Positions 51,629 to 64,000 of a stretch of DNA of 64,000 bases are shown piece after piece (the first letter of the stretch is position 1; every line of letters starts with the position of its first letter). The notes beneath the pieces are model-generated. The model saw only the letters and a list, made by a program, of their open reading frames with translations, did not search any database and had not been told where the DNA came from. Both the position numbers and the translations under genes were made by a program. This DNA comes from Octopus vulgaris (lineage: Eukaryota): NCBI GenBank assembly GCA_951406725.2, contig OX597836.1, positions 7,378,001 through 7,442,000 on the forward strand. The letters run 5' to 3'.

Positions 51629-52134
51629 CTATATATCTTTATATATTATATATAAATCTCTGTTGATTCATCCAGAAGCAATAGATTACAGAACTCAATA
51701 CGTCAGTGTTGAGTGTTCTCATAACAGAAAGTCTCATAATATTGTTCTAGTTATTTGAATTCCATGTTTCCAATCATTCAGCCGATAATACGAACCTGCT
51801 TTTCTTTTGAAATGATTTTGTTTCAGTGTATTTTTGAAATATACAAAAGTTATGGGAGAAAAAAATCACTTGTCTTTATATTTTTTTCTAAAAAAAAAAT
51901 ACAAAAAAAAAGAACTTGTAAGCAATACGTGCAAAAGCAATTGCTTTGAGTTCACGTTTTTTGTACTCGTTTTATTTCTGGCTCTCGTGGGAAGCAGAGG
52001 TCAGGTCAGCATGGCATTTATAAAACCAAAGATCTCACTCAACTGAGAGTGGAGTGGGGCAGCTTTATGATAGGTGCTGAGAAGTTGAAATAATGAAAGA
52101 AAGCATATGAACAGGTTTCTTCCTATAAAAGTAG

Positions 52135-52167
<33 letters not shown>

Positions 52168-52178
52168 GTAAATAAATG

Positions 52179-52276
<98 letters not shown>

Positions 52277-52283
52277 TATAAAA

Positions 52284-52336
<53 letters not shown>

Positions 52337-52358
52337 TTTATGTATGTATGTGTATATA

Positions 52359-53250
52359 TTGGATCATCCCATAAATTATGTGGTTTATTTCAATTGTATG
52401 AACTAAAACATCAGAGGGGGAAGGGATAAACTACCTGCATCAACTTGTTATAAAAGCAGGTAGGAATTTTACTTTGTCCTTATTCTTAGTGCAAGTTTTG
52501 AAGAGTGCAGTTCGATTTCAACAGTTATTATTTCAAAGCTATAATGGAAGTGACAAAGGAGCATATTTGGCATATTTTGCTTTATGAGTTCAATAAAAGC
52601 AACAACAAAACAGAAAGAGGAATTTTAATGCAGTATATGGGGATTGGACAATAAGCGTAAGCCAGTGTCAATGGTAGTTCTATAAAGTCTGAGCTGGAAA
52701 CTACAGCCTAGACGGCAAGCCTTTCCCTGGAAGATCTGTAGAGCTTGATGAGAATGTCCTCCAAACTCTGGTGGAACAAAATTCCATCATAACTGTTGAG
52801 GAGCAAACAGAGAAGCTTGGATTTGGTCATTCAACCATTCATCAACACCTGCATTAGAAGAATTACAACCATCTTTGGTTTCACATTGAAAGGTGTTCTC
52901 CCATCAAGATAATTCTTGGCCACATTTGGAATGAGGATGACATTCCAAAGGCTGAAACAGTTTGAATGGGAAACGATACCCACCCACCATATTTACTAGA
53001 CATTGCCCCATCTCATTATCATTTATTCCGCAGTCTTCAAAATCATTTGGACAGAAAAATTACTGGAGAAGTATTTTTTGTTGCGGAAAATTGAATTTTA
53101 GAAGAGGGACCTTGCAAGTCTAAGAGATAGATGGAAGAACATTGTAGAAAATGAATGTGAGTATATTTGAGATTAAGAAAGAACTTTGTTTATCTTAATT
53201 TTGAAAAATAAAAGAAGTATAAAAACCACATTATTTATGGGATGACCCAA
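52359..53250 (+). mobile_element. Internally deleted mariner element (transposase pseudogene)
   Basis: ~27-bp TIRs ttggatcatcccataaattatgtggtt / aaccacattatttatgggatgacccaa; from ATG 52544 MEVTKEHIWHILLYEF...GRSVELDENVLQTLVEQN...; later HPPYLLDIAPSHYHLFRSLQNHL (decayed YSPDLAPxD). Confidence 0.92.
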
Positions 53251-53659
53251 GATATATATATATTTATATTCAACAAAAACAGATAACAAAGCCAAGGCTG
53301 TGAGATGCTTTCAGAACATTTATGTATGTGTGTGTGTGTGTTTGTACCCCCTGCTTGACAATTGTAACTTAGCTTTTTCTTGTACCATCAGCACTTGTGA
53401 AAAGACCATGGAACTTACAAGACTTAAAGATGCTTCTTCAACTGAGAGTTTGTAACAGAGAGCAAAGTAGCCTTTTGGCAGATGTCGAGTGGTTAAAGTG
53501 TGAAAGAAGGGACAGGAACAGGTTTCAGCTGTAAAGGTGATGAGTGGCTACCTCTGCATTATAAAAGGGTGAATGAGAGCAATTGTGGTGGAGTTGGATA
53601 GAGAAAAAATGCTAGTTCCCAGATTGTGACCTCAAGCTGCAAAAAGATGTATATATATA

Positions 53660-54290
53660 CAGGGGGTCTCAGTTTTTTGAGGACACCTCTTTCAAGAACT
53701 CTTTCTTCTAACGTTTTGTTTCAACTTTATTTTTCAGATAAATAATATAAGACATGAGGTTGACTCAGCAAATAAAAAGGTCTTCTGTTGTCGTTGCCTT
53801 AAAAGTGCAGCAAAGTGACACAGAGATAGCTCGCTTCTTGAAAGTTGCCTGCTCCTTCATAATCAAACTTCAAAAGGAGCTGCAATCCATTGACAGGGAT
53901 CCAACATCAGCATCTAAATGCAAAATACATGCACAGAGTCCTAATACTATCTGAACACATAACCTTGTACAAAAAAAGTCCAAGAAATAATTGATAAAAA
54001 CCCCAGAAGGCGAATCAGAGCCATTTCAAAGGACCTTGAGATTTCAGAATGCACCATCAGAAGAGCTATGCATGAGGACATCTGGTACAAGTTGTTTGTG
54101 ATATGAAGGGCTCAGTTTATGTTGAATGTGACAAGAGAGAACTGCTTGATCAGTGCAAAGCGTTTGCTAAACAAGTTAAAATACCAAGAAGCCGGAGTAC
54201 CTTTTGGTGTTTTAGAAAAACTTCAATCAGGACCAAAAGGTAAACTGAAGGTATATCAAATGGTTATACAGATATCTGATACCTGAATGA
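53660..54290 (+). pseudogene. Tc1/mariner-superfamily (maT/DD37D-like) transposase N-terminal remnant
   Basis: TA-caggggg terminus; MRLTQQIKRSSVVVALK...TEIARFLKV...VQEIIDKNPRRRIRAISKDLEISECTIRRAMHEDI (two HTH-like segments) with stops and a frameshift. Confidence 0.72.
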
Positions 54291-54433
54291 GGCTTCGATG
54301 AGTGTGTTTGTGTGTCTGTGTTTGTCACCCCACCATCACTTCATATATATATAAATGCAAATATATATATCAATATACATAATATACGTAATATATATAT
54401 CAATATACATATATATATATACGCACACATATA

Positions 54434-54477
<44 letters not shown>

Positions 54478-54554
54478 TAAATATATAAATATATACATAT
54501 ATACATATATATATATACATAAATATAGATATACATTTATATATATATATATAT

Positions 54555-54595
<41 letters not shown>

Positions 54596-55240
54596 TACAT
54601 ATATGTAAAGATACACAGATAGCTATAACACACATATGCATACACACATGCACACACGCAACTCACATGCACACACACAAACACACGCATAGCACACATG
54701 CACACGCACACACTTTCACACACTCACACAGAAACACGGAACAGCATCAACAAAAAAAAAAAGAGCAGATAAAACCAAGAACATGGCACCGTTTCATTCT
54801 TCATTAACTATGACTTTGTTCCACAGTTGAAAAGATTCACTTGCCTAAAAAGACACATCTCATCATCTTCCTCTTCCTCTCTGCCTCCACCCACCCCCTT
54901 CACCGCCCCCCCCTCACTTCACATCTGGTTCTTTCTTTCCCTCTTCCATTTCGTCAATATTGATTTTATCAGCTGGTAATTGATTTTGCACATTGCAAAG
55001 ATTAACAATATAACTCCTATTTCAGCATGTAACCAATGCCTTTGCTTTTCTTTCTTTCTTTCCTTCTTTCTTTCCCTCTTTCTTTCTTTCTTTCTTTCTT
55101 TCTTTTTTTTTCACCAGCACATGCTTTTGTCTAAGAATTGATCTGGAGACTCAGCACTGCCACGCATCACCGTTTATCAATCGACAACACCAACAACACC
55201 AACGACGACGACAAAGTCTACTCCAAAACATAGATCCATG

Positions 55241-55309
<69 letters not shown>

Positions 55310-55483
55310 CACTAGTGTAACTGGTGGGGGGAAGCGGTAGGGAGAGTCCACCCCTGGCAGCACTCTTAAAGGGGCGGAATTTTGGGGTCTGCCTGCTCTA
55401 GGCAATATGTGTTTTTTGTGGGGTCTGGAGTGCGGCAAACAGAAGGGCTGCTCCTGGTGGCACACACTCTAGCTACGTTAGTG
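55310..55483. mobile_element. hAT-like MITE in (CA)n
   Basis: Termini cactagtgtaac / gctacgttagtg; near-identical 8-bp flanks; GC-rich interior. Confidence 0.55.
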
Positions 55484-56399
55484 ACACACACGCACACACA
55501 CATACATACATACACACATACACACGGATTCACACTCAACTGGCACTTCATCACTTACCACGACAAATGTTCCAGTTGATCCGATCAACAGAACGGCCTA
55601 GACATGAAATTTAACCTGCTACCAAGACTTCGCATAAGTAAAAGAGAGAGACAGAGACAGACAGAAAAAAGGAAAATGTCCCTTAAAAAACGTTTCATTT
55701 AATTTTTCCACACTTAATTTTTCATGCTTTACTCTAAGTTGAAAAAGTTGCAAAGGCTGAAACTGGTACTAAAATATTCTTCGTGATAAAATTATTTGGC
55801 ATTTTCTACCTTGTCTTCTTTCCTTATATACATACACACACACACACAAATATATATATATATATATATATATGTATACGACGGGCTTCTTTCAGTTTCT
55901 GTCTACCAAATCCACTCACAAAGCTTTAGTCAGCCCAAGGCTATAGTGGAAGACACTTGCCCAAGGTACCACACGGTGGGACTGAACCCGGAACCATGTG
56001 GTTGGTAAGCAAGCTACTTACCACAAAGCCATTCCTGCATATATATATATATGTGTGTGTGTATATATATATATACATATATATATATATGTGTGTGTGT
56101 GTGATATGTATATGTATGTGTTGTAAAATATTTAATGGGGGCAACAGCTTTCTAATAAGGAACCAATCATTTAATAAAGACACAGTTCTTTTATCGAAGG
56201 TATAATTTTGTAATAAGATTCTATTGTTTGTTAATACAGTGGTCAAATCGCATGACCTCTTGTTGTTGACCTTCTACCAAGAAACAATGACCGACAGTAA
56301 AAGCCAATAAACGAAACAGTTCAAAAATGGCAAAACTTCTAACAGAATTTTGGATTTATCTGAGAAAGGCTGTTAATGATTGGATACTGTGAATGGTAG

Positions 56400-57125
56400 C
56401 ACTGATGGTGGTGGTGATGATGGTGGTGGTGGTGGTGGTGGAGGTGGTGGTGGTGGTGGTGGTGGTGGTGGTGGTGGTGGTGGTGGTGGTGGTGGTGGTG
56501 GTGGTGGTGGTGGTGGTGGTGGTGGTGGTGGTGGTGGTGGTGGTGGTGGTGGTGGTGGTGGTGGTGGTGGTGGTGGTGGTGGTGGTGGTGGTGGTGGTGG
56601 TGGTGGCGGTGGCTGTTGCGCTGGGCGTGGTTGATGTGGTGGTTGTGGTGGCTGCAGTATTGTTGTTGGATGGTGTGAATGGTGGCTGTGGAGGTGTTGA
56701 TGGTGGTGGTGGTGGTGTTGGTGTTGGTGGTGGTGGTGTTGGTGATGGTAGTGGTGGATAGTAGTGGTCGCAGAGGTAATGGTGGAGGTGGTGGTGGTGA
56801 TGGTGGTGGTGGTGGTAGTGGCGATGGTATTGGCAATAGTGGTGGTGGTGGTGGTGGTGGTGGTAGTGGTAGTGGTGATGGTGGTAGCGGATGCTGTGAA
56901 TGGTGGCTGTAGTGGTGTTGATGGTGGTGGCGGTAGTGGTAGTAGTAGTAGTAGTAGTGGCAATGGTATTGGCAGTGGTAGTGGACTGTGATGATGTTGG
57001 TGATGGTGATGGAGGTGGCGGCAATGGCAGCGGTGGAGGTGGCAACAGCATGGTGGTGGTGGTGTTGTTGTTGTTGTTGCTGGTGGTGACGAAGGTGGTG
57101 GCAGTGTGGTGGTGGTGGTGGTGAT
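56400..57125. repeat. (GGT)n array, roughly 50+ pure units then degenerate
   Basis: Direct reading; similar degenerate triplet arrays at 27283-27565, 29200-29520, 57465-57710 and 60860-61320. Confidence 0.95.
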
Positions 57126-57522
57126 GTGTCTAAGAATTAAAGATCGGTTAAATTCAGAAGATGTTTCCAGAAAACATCATCTCGACTGTTTGTTTTTTGG
57201 GTTTTTTTGTTTTTGTCCCTGTGGAAGGGTGGAGACTGATATATTAGAATGATGTGATTGGAATTGGTGATAAGATCTGCGGGGTGGGGTGGGGTGGGAG
57301 GGGGCAGGGGGTAGCGTATGAACGGTGTGGAACTCAATGTAGAATTTAGGAAATGGTGGAGGTGGTGGTGGTGGTGGTGGTGGTGGGGAGGAGGTTCATT
57401 ACCCATTTGATTTGTCATGGGTGCAATGATGGAGGGGCGGGTTTAGTGTGAAGGGATGACACAAGTGGTAGTAATGGTGGTGGTGGTGGTGGTGGTGGTA
57501 GTAGTAGCAGCAGCAGCAGCAT

Positions 57523-57577
<55 letters not shown>

Positions 57578-57707
57578 GGTGGTGGTGGTGGTGGCGGCGA
57601 TGCTGATGGTGGTGCCAGTATTATGTATTCTTGGTAGTAGCAATAGTTAAATATAACGGTATGTGATGTTAATGGTGGTGGTGGTGGTGTGGTGACGATG
57701 ATGGTGG

Positions 57708-57784
<77 letters not shown>

Positions 57785-58454
57785 CAGTGATTCTTGTAGT
57801 CGTAGCAGTGGTGGTGGCAGTGATTGTGATGACACACACACACCTCTATATTTTGGATTTGGCATTTGGAGAGAAGATAATCATACCAGAAGCCTCTTGT
57901 TACTATTGTTGCTGTTGTTGTATACCTCATATCAACCCAGCTTTAGAAATCCTGCAAGTGAATTAAGATAATCCAGTTATGACCATCCTGTCTCTTTTTA
58001 GGAAGTATATTTTGGGGGTGTTTGTCTCCCCTTCGTAAATGTATATAAGGACACAGGAAAAATGTGTCGAAGCCATCAGAAAGCGTTGATGCTTCCTAGG
58101 GCTAAACAGCGGTGGTGTAACCCCTTACTGTCACGTTCACGTTAGATTGACAGTATACAACCATTCTATTTTTGATAATTTTCTCTAATATATCCATCCT
58201 ACTCCTTTCGGTTTTTTAAAGACTATGTGTATGATTTGAGAGTGAGATATTTGACTGCTATTTCTAGTGAGTCTACTGCAGCAGAAAACATTTCCTCCAG
58301 TGGTGCTGCACAGTGGAACTGAACCTGAAACCACATGGTTGTAAAGCAAGCTTCTCAACCACACATCCAACCCTGTGCTTCTACATTGATTGAGATAGAT
58401 CGTCAGACCTAATTATGTTACAGTCTGCTGGGGAATTCAGCATAAAGACAAGTT

Positions 58455-58681
58455 ACATTCTCGAATCATACTGACTCATAGGGGCCAGTTTCCCGGTTTC
58501 ATGATGTATAAATTCCCCTCCTGGACAGGATTGCTCATACATGCCAGGTGAGTGGACTGGAGCAACGTGAAATGAAGTGTTTTGCTCAAGAACACAATTT
58601 GTCGCTCGGTCCGGGAATCAAAACCACAATCTTACGATCATCAGTCCAACACCCTAACCACTAAGCCACGTGCCTCCACAT
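58455..58681 (-). mobile_element. Family D SINE
   Basis: Minus: gtggaggcacgtggcttagtggttagggtg...tgtgttcttgagcaaaacacttcatttcacgttgctccagtccactc...gaaaccgggaaactggcccc. Confidence 0.8.
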
Positions 58682-59350
58682 CCACTTTAAATGATTCACA
58701 CTTCTTTATAGAGATGTCTTCATTCATATCCATCACATGTCCAAACCAATGTAGTCTTCTCTCTTGCATGATGCATCTGATTCCTCTTATGCCCAACTGT
58801 TCTCTCACCAATCTTACAATCATGAGTCCAACACCCTAACCACTAAGCCATGGGCCTCCACGTCCACTTTAAATAACTGACACTTCTTTATAGAGATGTC
58901 TTCAGTCATACGCATCACATGTCCAAACCAATATAGTCTTCTCTCTTAAATGTTGCATCTGATTCCTCTCATGTTCAACTTCTCTCTCACCAATTTTGCA
59001 ATCATGAGTCCAACACCCTAACCACTAAGCCATTGGCCTCAACATCCAATTTAAATGATTCACACTTCTTTATAGAGATGTCTTCATTTATAGGCATCAC
59101 ATGTCCAAACCAATGTAGTCTTCTCTCTTAAATGTTGCATCTGATTCCTCTTGTGCTCGACTGTTCTCTCACCAATCTTACAATCATGAGTCCAACACCC
59201 TAACCAATAAGCCACGGGCCTCCACGTCCACTTTAAATGATTCACACTTCTTTACAGAGATGTCTTCATTCATAGGCATCACATGTCCAAACCAATGTAG
59301 TCTTCTCTTTTGCATGTTGCATCTGATTCCTCTTACGCTCAACTTCTCTC
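58627..59350 (-). repeat. Four tandem 182-bp units, each an RTE-LINE coding fragment plus the 5' half of a SINE tRNA head
   Basis: gtccaacaccctaacc recurs at 58644, 58826, 59008 and 59190; unit translates REQLGIRGIRCIMQERRLHWFGHVMDMNEDISIKKC (RTE RRLxWFGHV motif). Confidence 0.9.
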
Positions 59351-59896
59351 TTATGCTCACAGCGACAGACTGTGGTAAGGCTGGCCCCTTTGAAGTACCA
59401 GTACAGCTCATTTTTGCCAGCTGAGTGGACTGGGGCAACGTGAAATAAAGTGACTTGCTCAAGGACATAACGCACTACTGAGAATTGAACTCGAAACCAT
59501 ATGATTGTGAGTCGAATACCCTGACCACTGAGCCATGTGCCTTCACCAACTGAAATCTTATATAAACCTTGTTCACTGCAGTCAGCTGAAAGTATTTGGC
59601 CCAGTGCCTAGGGGCTACGGAAACTATTTTGGGTGGGAGATTCACACACTTTATTTAATTATAAAATAAAGACTAATGTCATTTTTCTTTTATTTTATTT
59701 TTCCTGTTTTTTTTTGTTTTTGTTTTTTTTCTAATTCCATTCTTTGGATTATTCATCAACAAATTTTGTTTTCTGCAAGAAAAATTCAGACATGTTGTTG
59801 CACTTCTTCTTTTTTTTTTAAATATCTTTAATTTCTTTAAATGTTAATGATTTTAATTTAGCTTATTTTCTTTTTTGAACACATTTATATATAACG

Positions 59897-59952
<56 letters not shown>

Positions 59953-60410
59953 ATTTTTTATTTCTGTTAATGTTACTTTTGGTTTCTGTTTTTTTTTGGT
60001 ATTTGTTTTTATTTTTATTTATTTATTTTGATAATTCTTTAATTCTGATGATGTTAAGATTTTGACAAGAAATAATCTTTTCCTTCTATTTTTTCCTTTT
60101 GTATTCTCTTCTTCTTCCTTTTCTTCTATTTTTTCTTCTTCCTTTTCTTCTATTTCTTCTTCTTCTTTTTCTTCTCCTTCCTCCTCTTCCTCATAGTCTT
60201 CTTCTTCATATTTTCCTCATCTATCTTCTCCTTCCTCCTCTTCCTCATAGTCTTCTTCTTCTTCTTCTTCTTCTTCTTCTTCTTCTTCTTCTTCTTCTTC
60301 TTCTTCTTCCCCTCCTCCTCCTCTTCTCTGAATTTGGATTAAAAAATATCTTCTTATTTTCATGCAATTTTTTTTTTAATTCACCTTTTTTTCTGCAGAA
60401 AAATTAATAT

Positions 60411-60447
<37 letters not shown>

Positions 60448-60944
60448 CACACCCTCAAATCTCTCTCATCCCAGACTCCTAAATTAACAATATGTTATTA
60501 ATTGTTCAACTGCATCAAATTAACAGCAAGCTAGAATTAAAATTAAAAATCTTCAGGATGTAATTTTCCTTTTATTCCTGTCCCCCACATTTTTTTTTAT
60601 ATCATATGCATATTTTTTTTTAATTAATTTTATATATTTTTTTTAATATTTATTTTAATGTTTTCTTTTCTTCCTGCAATTTGTCAGAAGGATTAGAGAG
60701 TATTTTTAAGCATTTATTGATCTTGACTAAAGTGACAGGGGTAGGGGTTGGGGGCAAACAGGGAACGAGGATATTTTTGTTTTCATGGAAATTGATTTAA
60801 CCATTGAGTTAACCCTGATAAATTACTGGTATGTATCATTGTATCTGGTGTTGCTGATTGTGGTGTTAATGCTGGTGGTAATGATGATGGCGATGACGAT
60901 AATGATGATAGTTAGTGGTGGTGGTGGTTGTGGTGATGGTGGTA

Positions 60945-61013
<69 letters not shown>

Positions 61014-61041
61014 ATGAGGATGGTGGTGATTTTGATGATGG

Positions 61042-61072
<31 letters not shown>

Positions 61073-61262
61073 GGTGTTGCTGGTTGTGGTGATGGTGCTG
61101 GTGGTAATGAGGATGATGATGATTATGATGATGATGATGATGATGATGATGACAACAACAATGATGATGATGGTGGTGGTGGTGAAGGTGGTGGTAATGA
61201 TGATGACGATGGTGGTAGTGGTAGTGGTGGTAATAATGATGATGATGATGATGATGATGATA

Positions 61263-61293
<31 letters not shown>

Positions 61294-61344
61294 TAGTGGT
61301 GGTGGTGGTGGTGATGCAGTGGAGATTAAAGTTAAAAAGGAAAG

Positions 61345-61810
61345 TCATTGGTGCATTTCATGCAGGAAGCAAAAGATTACTGGTGCACTTTGTATAGAAA
61401 AATAGGATGAAATTAATACTGCACTTTGGGGTGGAACACACAAAAATTCTGGAGCAGAACATAGAAAAATATTGCTGCACTTTGTGGAAACTAAAAAAAA
61501 AATTATTTATCCATTTGAGTGGAAAACAAAAAAAAAACAACTGATGCACTTTGTGTGAAAAAAAAATTTTTTTTAAATATTATTGTTGCACTTTGCAGCA
61601 AACAGAAAAACATTGATGCACTTTGTGTGGAGCAGAGTAAAATCTTGATGCATTTTGCACAGTAAATAGAAAAATAGTGGTGCATTTTGTTGAAAGCAAA
61701 AGAAAATTGTAGATGCACTCGTGAGGAAAACAAAAAATAACTGTTTTGCTTTGCATGGAAAAGAGAAAAAGTTTTGGTGCATTTTTGCATGAAAATTAGA
61801 AAAATTACTG
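61345..61810. repeat. Degenerate ~35-bp tandem repeat with tgca(c/t)tt(t)g core
   Basis: Core recurs roughly a dozen times separated by A-rich spacers. Confidence 0.7.
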
Positions 61811-62162
61811 GTCAGGAGACCGCATAATATGTTATCAATTTTAGATTCTATAGCTTGATGCTCTTTCCTATCATCAACTTATTTTACAGAGTGCTCTGGG
61901 TGTGTTTTATCATGGCACCAACACTAGGGGGATCGTCGTGTCCTTGACAAGACAAGACAAGATTAAAGGCTTCTCTCTGCCATATACATTCTCAGCCTGT
62001 TTGCTATAAATGGGTTGGCTGTGTGTTGTCTGTGCATGCAGACAGATACATACACACACACACACACACACACAAAAGTATACAAATGTAAACATAATAC
62101 AAACAAATTCTCATACAGAGATACAGAATAAAGTATTTGGCAGTTCCAAAAACAGAATGCAC

Positions 62163-62241
<79 letters not shown>

Positions 62242-63123
62242 TATGTGTGTGTGTGTGTGTGAATATATATATACATATATATTTATATATATGTGCGTGT
62301 GTGTATGTGTGTATGTATACACACACATACACATATAAAATTACAAGAATCAGTTTCAACAATGAGCAGTTTTCACGCTGGCAAATGCTGGAAGGAATAA
62401 TAATAATAATAATACTACTACTAATAATAATAATAATAATAGTAATAATAATAATAATAATAACAAAAAAAGGCTATTGAAACCAAATTTTGTTTGATAA
62501 TGTAACTTTATAATCTTTGCAGCCAGGCCTCAACTTGACGGATGGAATTCTCTGCGAAAAATGAAGATTAGGCATGCTACTGAAATCAATCTGATGGAAA
62601 CTGGAATATTAAAGATTCCATACTCACCAGTTCTGTCATGAAATAATTCCTGTTGAAAGCTGTCTACATTAATATCCCAATAATCTGAATGGGATGATTC
62701 TAGACTAAACTGGCTTTTAACTAGTTTTTGTAGTTCTTTAGTTTTCTATGCTCTCTCTCTCTCTCTTTTTTTTTTTTTTTTTGCCTTCTTTGTTACTTTA
62801 TTCCAAATTCCATAACAAATGGAGACAGAATAAAAAGAGTTTTGGAGTTTTGACTTAAATTTCATCGCAATTGACAAATTTGTAATTAATGGGTTTAAAT
62901 TTAGTTACAAGGTCAACAATTTTGGCAGAGTGGAGTAAGTTGATGACACCACCCCTTCCCCCCACTTATCCCCATGCTCAGCTGGTACCTATTTTATGAA
63001 TCCCAAAAGGATGAACGGCAAAGTTAATCTCAGTGGAACTTGAACTCAGAATAAAACCTGGACATAATGCCACCAAGCACATTTCCTGGGTATGCTAACA
63101 ATTCTGCCAGCTCACTGCCTTAG

Positions 63124-63343
63124 CCCTTTCATCACCAAACCGACTGAAACCGGCTCTGGCTCTGAGTACAAATGTCTTGTTTTCATAAGTTCTGAATTAA
63201 AATCTTCCACCAAACCTAAATCATAATTTATGTTCCTAACACTAGCTGAATGATAACTAAGTTGCTTTATTAAACTTTTTGTTATATTTAAAGTATTTGA
63301 AAGAAACACAGAGCATCTCAAAATAAATACAGTAATGAAAGGG
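63124..63343. mobile_element. piggyBac-type MITE
   Basis: TIRs ccctttcatcac / gtaatgaaaggg with decayed TTAA flanks (ttag / tttaa). Confidence 0.7.
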
Positions 63344-63350
63344 TTTAAAA

Positions 63351-63540
63351 AAATACAGACTAGACAACACATCAGAAAGTGATAAGTGCAGAATCTGTGG
63401 CTGAAATAGTGAAACTGTATGGCATATTACCAGCCAATGTACGCCACTAGCCCAGAAGGAATATAAGAGATGCCACGACAATATAGCCAGGCTTGTCCAT
63501 TGGACACTTTGCAACAAGTATGGACTTGACAGAGCAAAAA
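63351..63540 (+). pseudogene. R4/Dong-clade LINE fragment (CCHC zinc knuckle and RHD-like motif)
   Basis: KYRLDNTSESDKCRICG*NSETVWHITSQCTPLAQKEYKRCHDNIARLVHWTLCNKYGL. Confidence 0.82.
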
Positions 63541-64000
63541 ATAATGATACACCCCTCCCATGTGACGAGTGGTATGTGCTAGTCACTATAAATAAGGTGA
63601 TATCAGTCAGTATAAGGAGAGAATACAAAATAGATGGTCATAGATAGTCATAGTCTTGCATCTCTTACTAACTATATTGCTATACCAGAGTAGTGTTATA
63701 ACAATCTGACATAAAGGATTACAACTGTTAGTTAATTAAATATCTAACCAACCAATATTTGATCATTTGTTTAGTGTACTGGTTAAACAAGCAACTGATT
63801 GTTGGTCAAAGTCCCTTCATCACTATTCATGATCTTCTCAGTGACTTGTCCTCTTCCTTCAAGGTCTGCTCCGAGTCCATCTGAGAATTGGTCTCAATGC
63901 CTGCGTGTATGTATGCGTGTATGCGTGTATGTAGATGTGTGCTTGCTTAGAAGAGGAGGTAAGGGTGAGAGCAAATGAAGAGTCCGTGTGTGAGTGTGTG

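Noticed and set aside
54960-55010. tatcagctggtaatt resembling the miR-216/283 family
   Set aside because: Seed region mismatched and no complementary star arm
63783-63885. Minus-strand frame DGLGADLEGRGQVTEKIMNSDEGTLTNNQLLV*
   Set aside because: Short, weak acceptor context, no recognisable homology

Overview
AT-rich, microsatellite-saturated eukaryotic DNA. The SINE complement (tRNA/CORE-type, Meta-domain and (GAT)n-tailed families) points to an octopus-like cephalopod genome; this is an inference. I found no intact protein-coding gene. Almost all listed ORFs are microsatellite or SINE artefacts, so the window is probably intronic or intergenic. It holds dozens of SINE copies, fossil LINE ends (RTE-related, R4/Dong), deleted Tc1/mariner and pogo-like transposons, hAT and piggyBac-type MITEs, a non-autonomous Helitron and several minisatellites. 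The most interesting signal is a set of type I hammerhead-ribozyme motifs of the Penelope/retrozyme kind. One at 369-474 has a fully canonical core and unusually long stems. A dispersed ~185-bp element family carries a recurrent non-canonical CUGUUGA core, and there is an inverted pair of decayed cores near 10.1 kb. Other leads are an orphan ~100-codon coding-like fragment wedged between SINEs, an RTE insertion with twin-priming-like 5' inversion, a 4x182-bp tRNA-head/RTE chimeric tandem array, and a CpG-retaining domain (about 40.6-49.6 kb) centred on a palindrome and a purine/pyrimidine strand switch that may be a promoter region. All alignments were done by eye, so boundaries are approximate unless termini are quoted.
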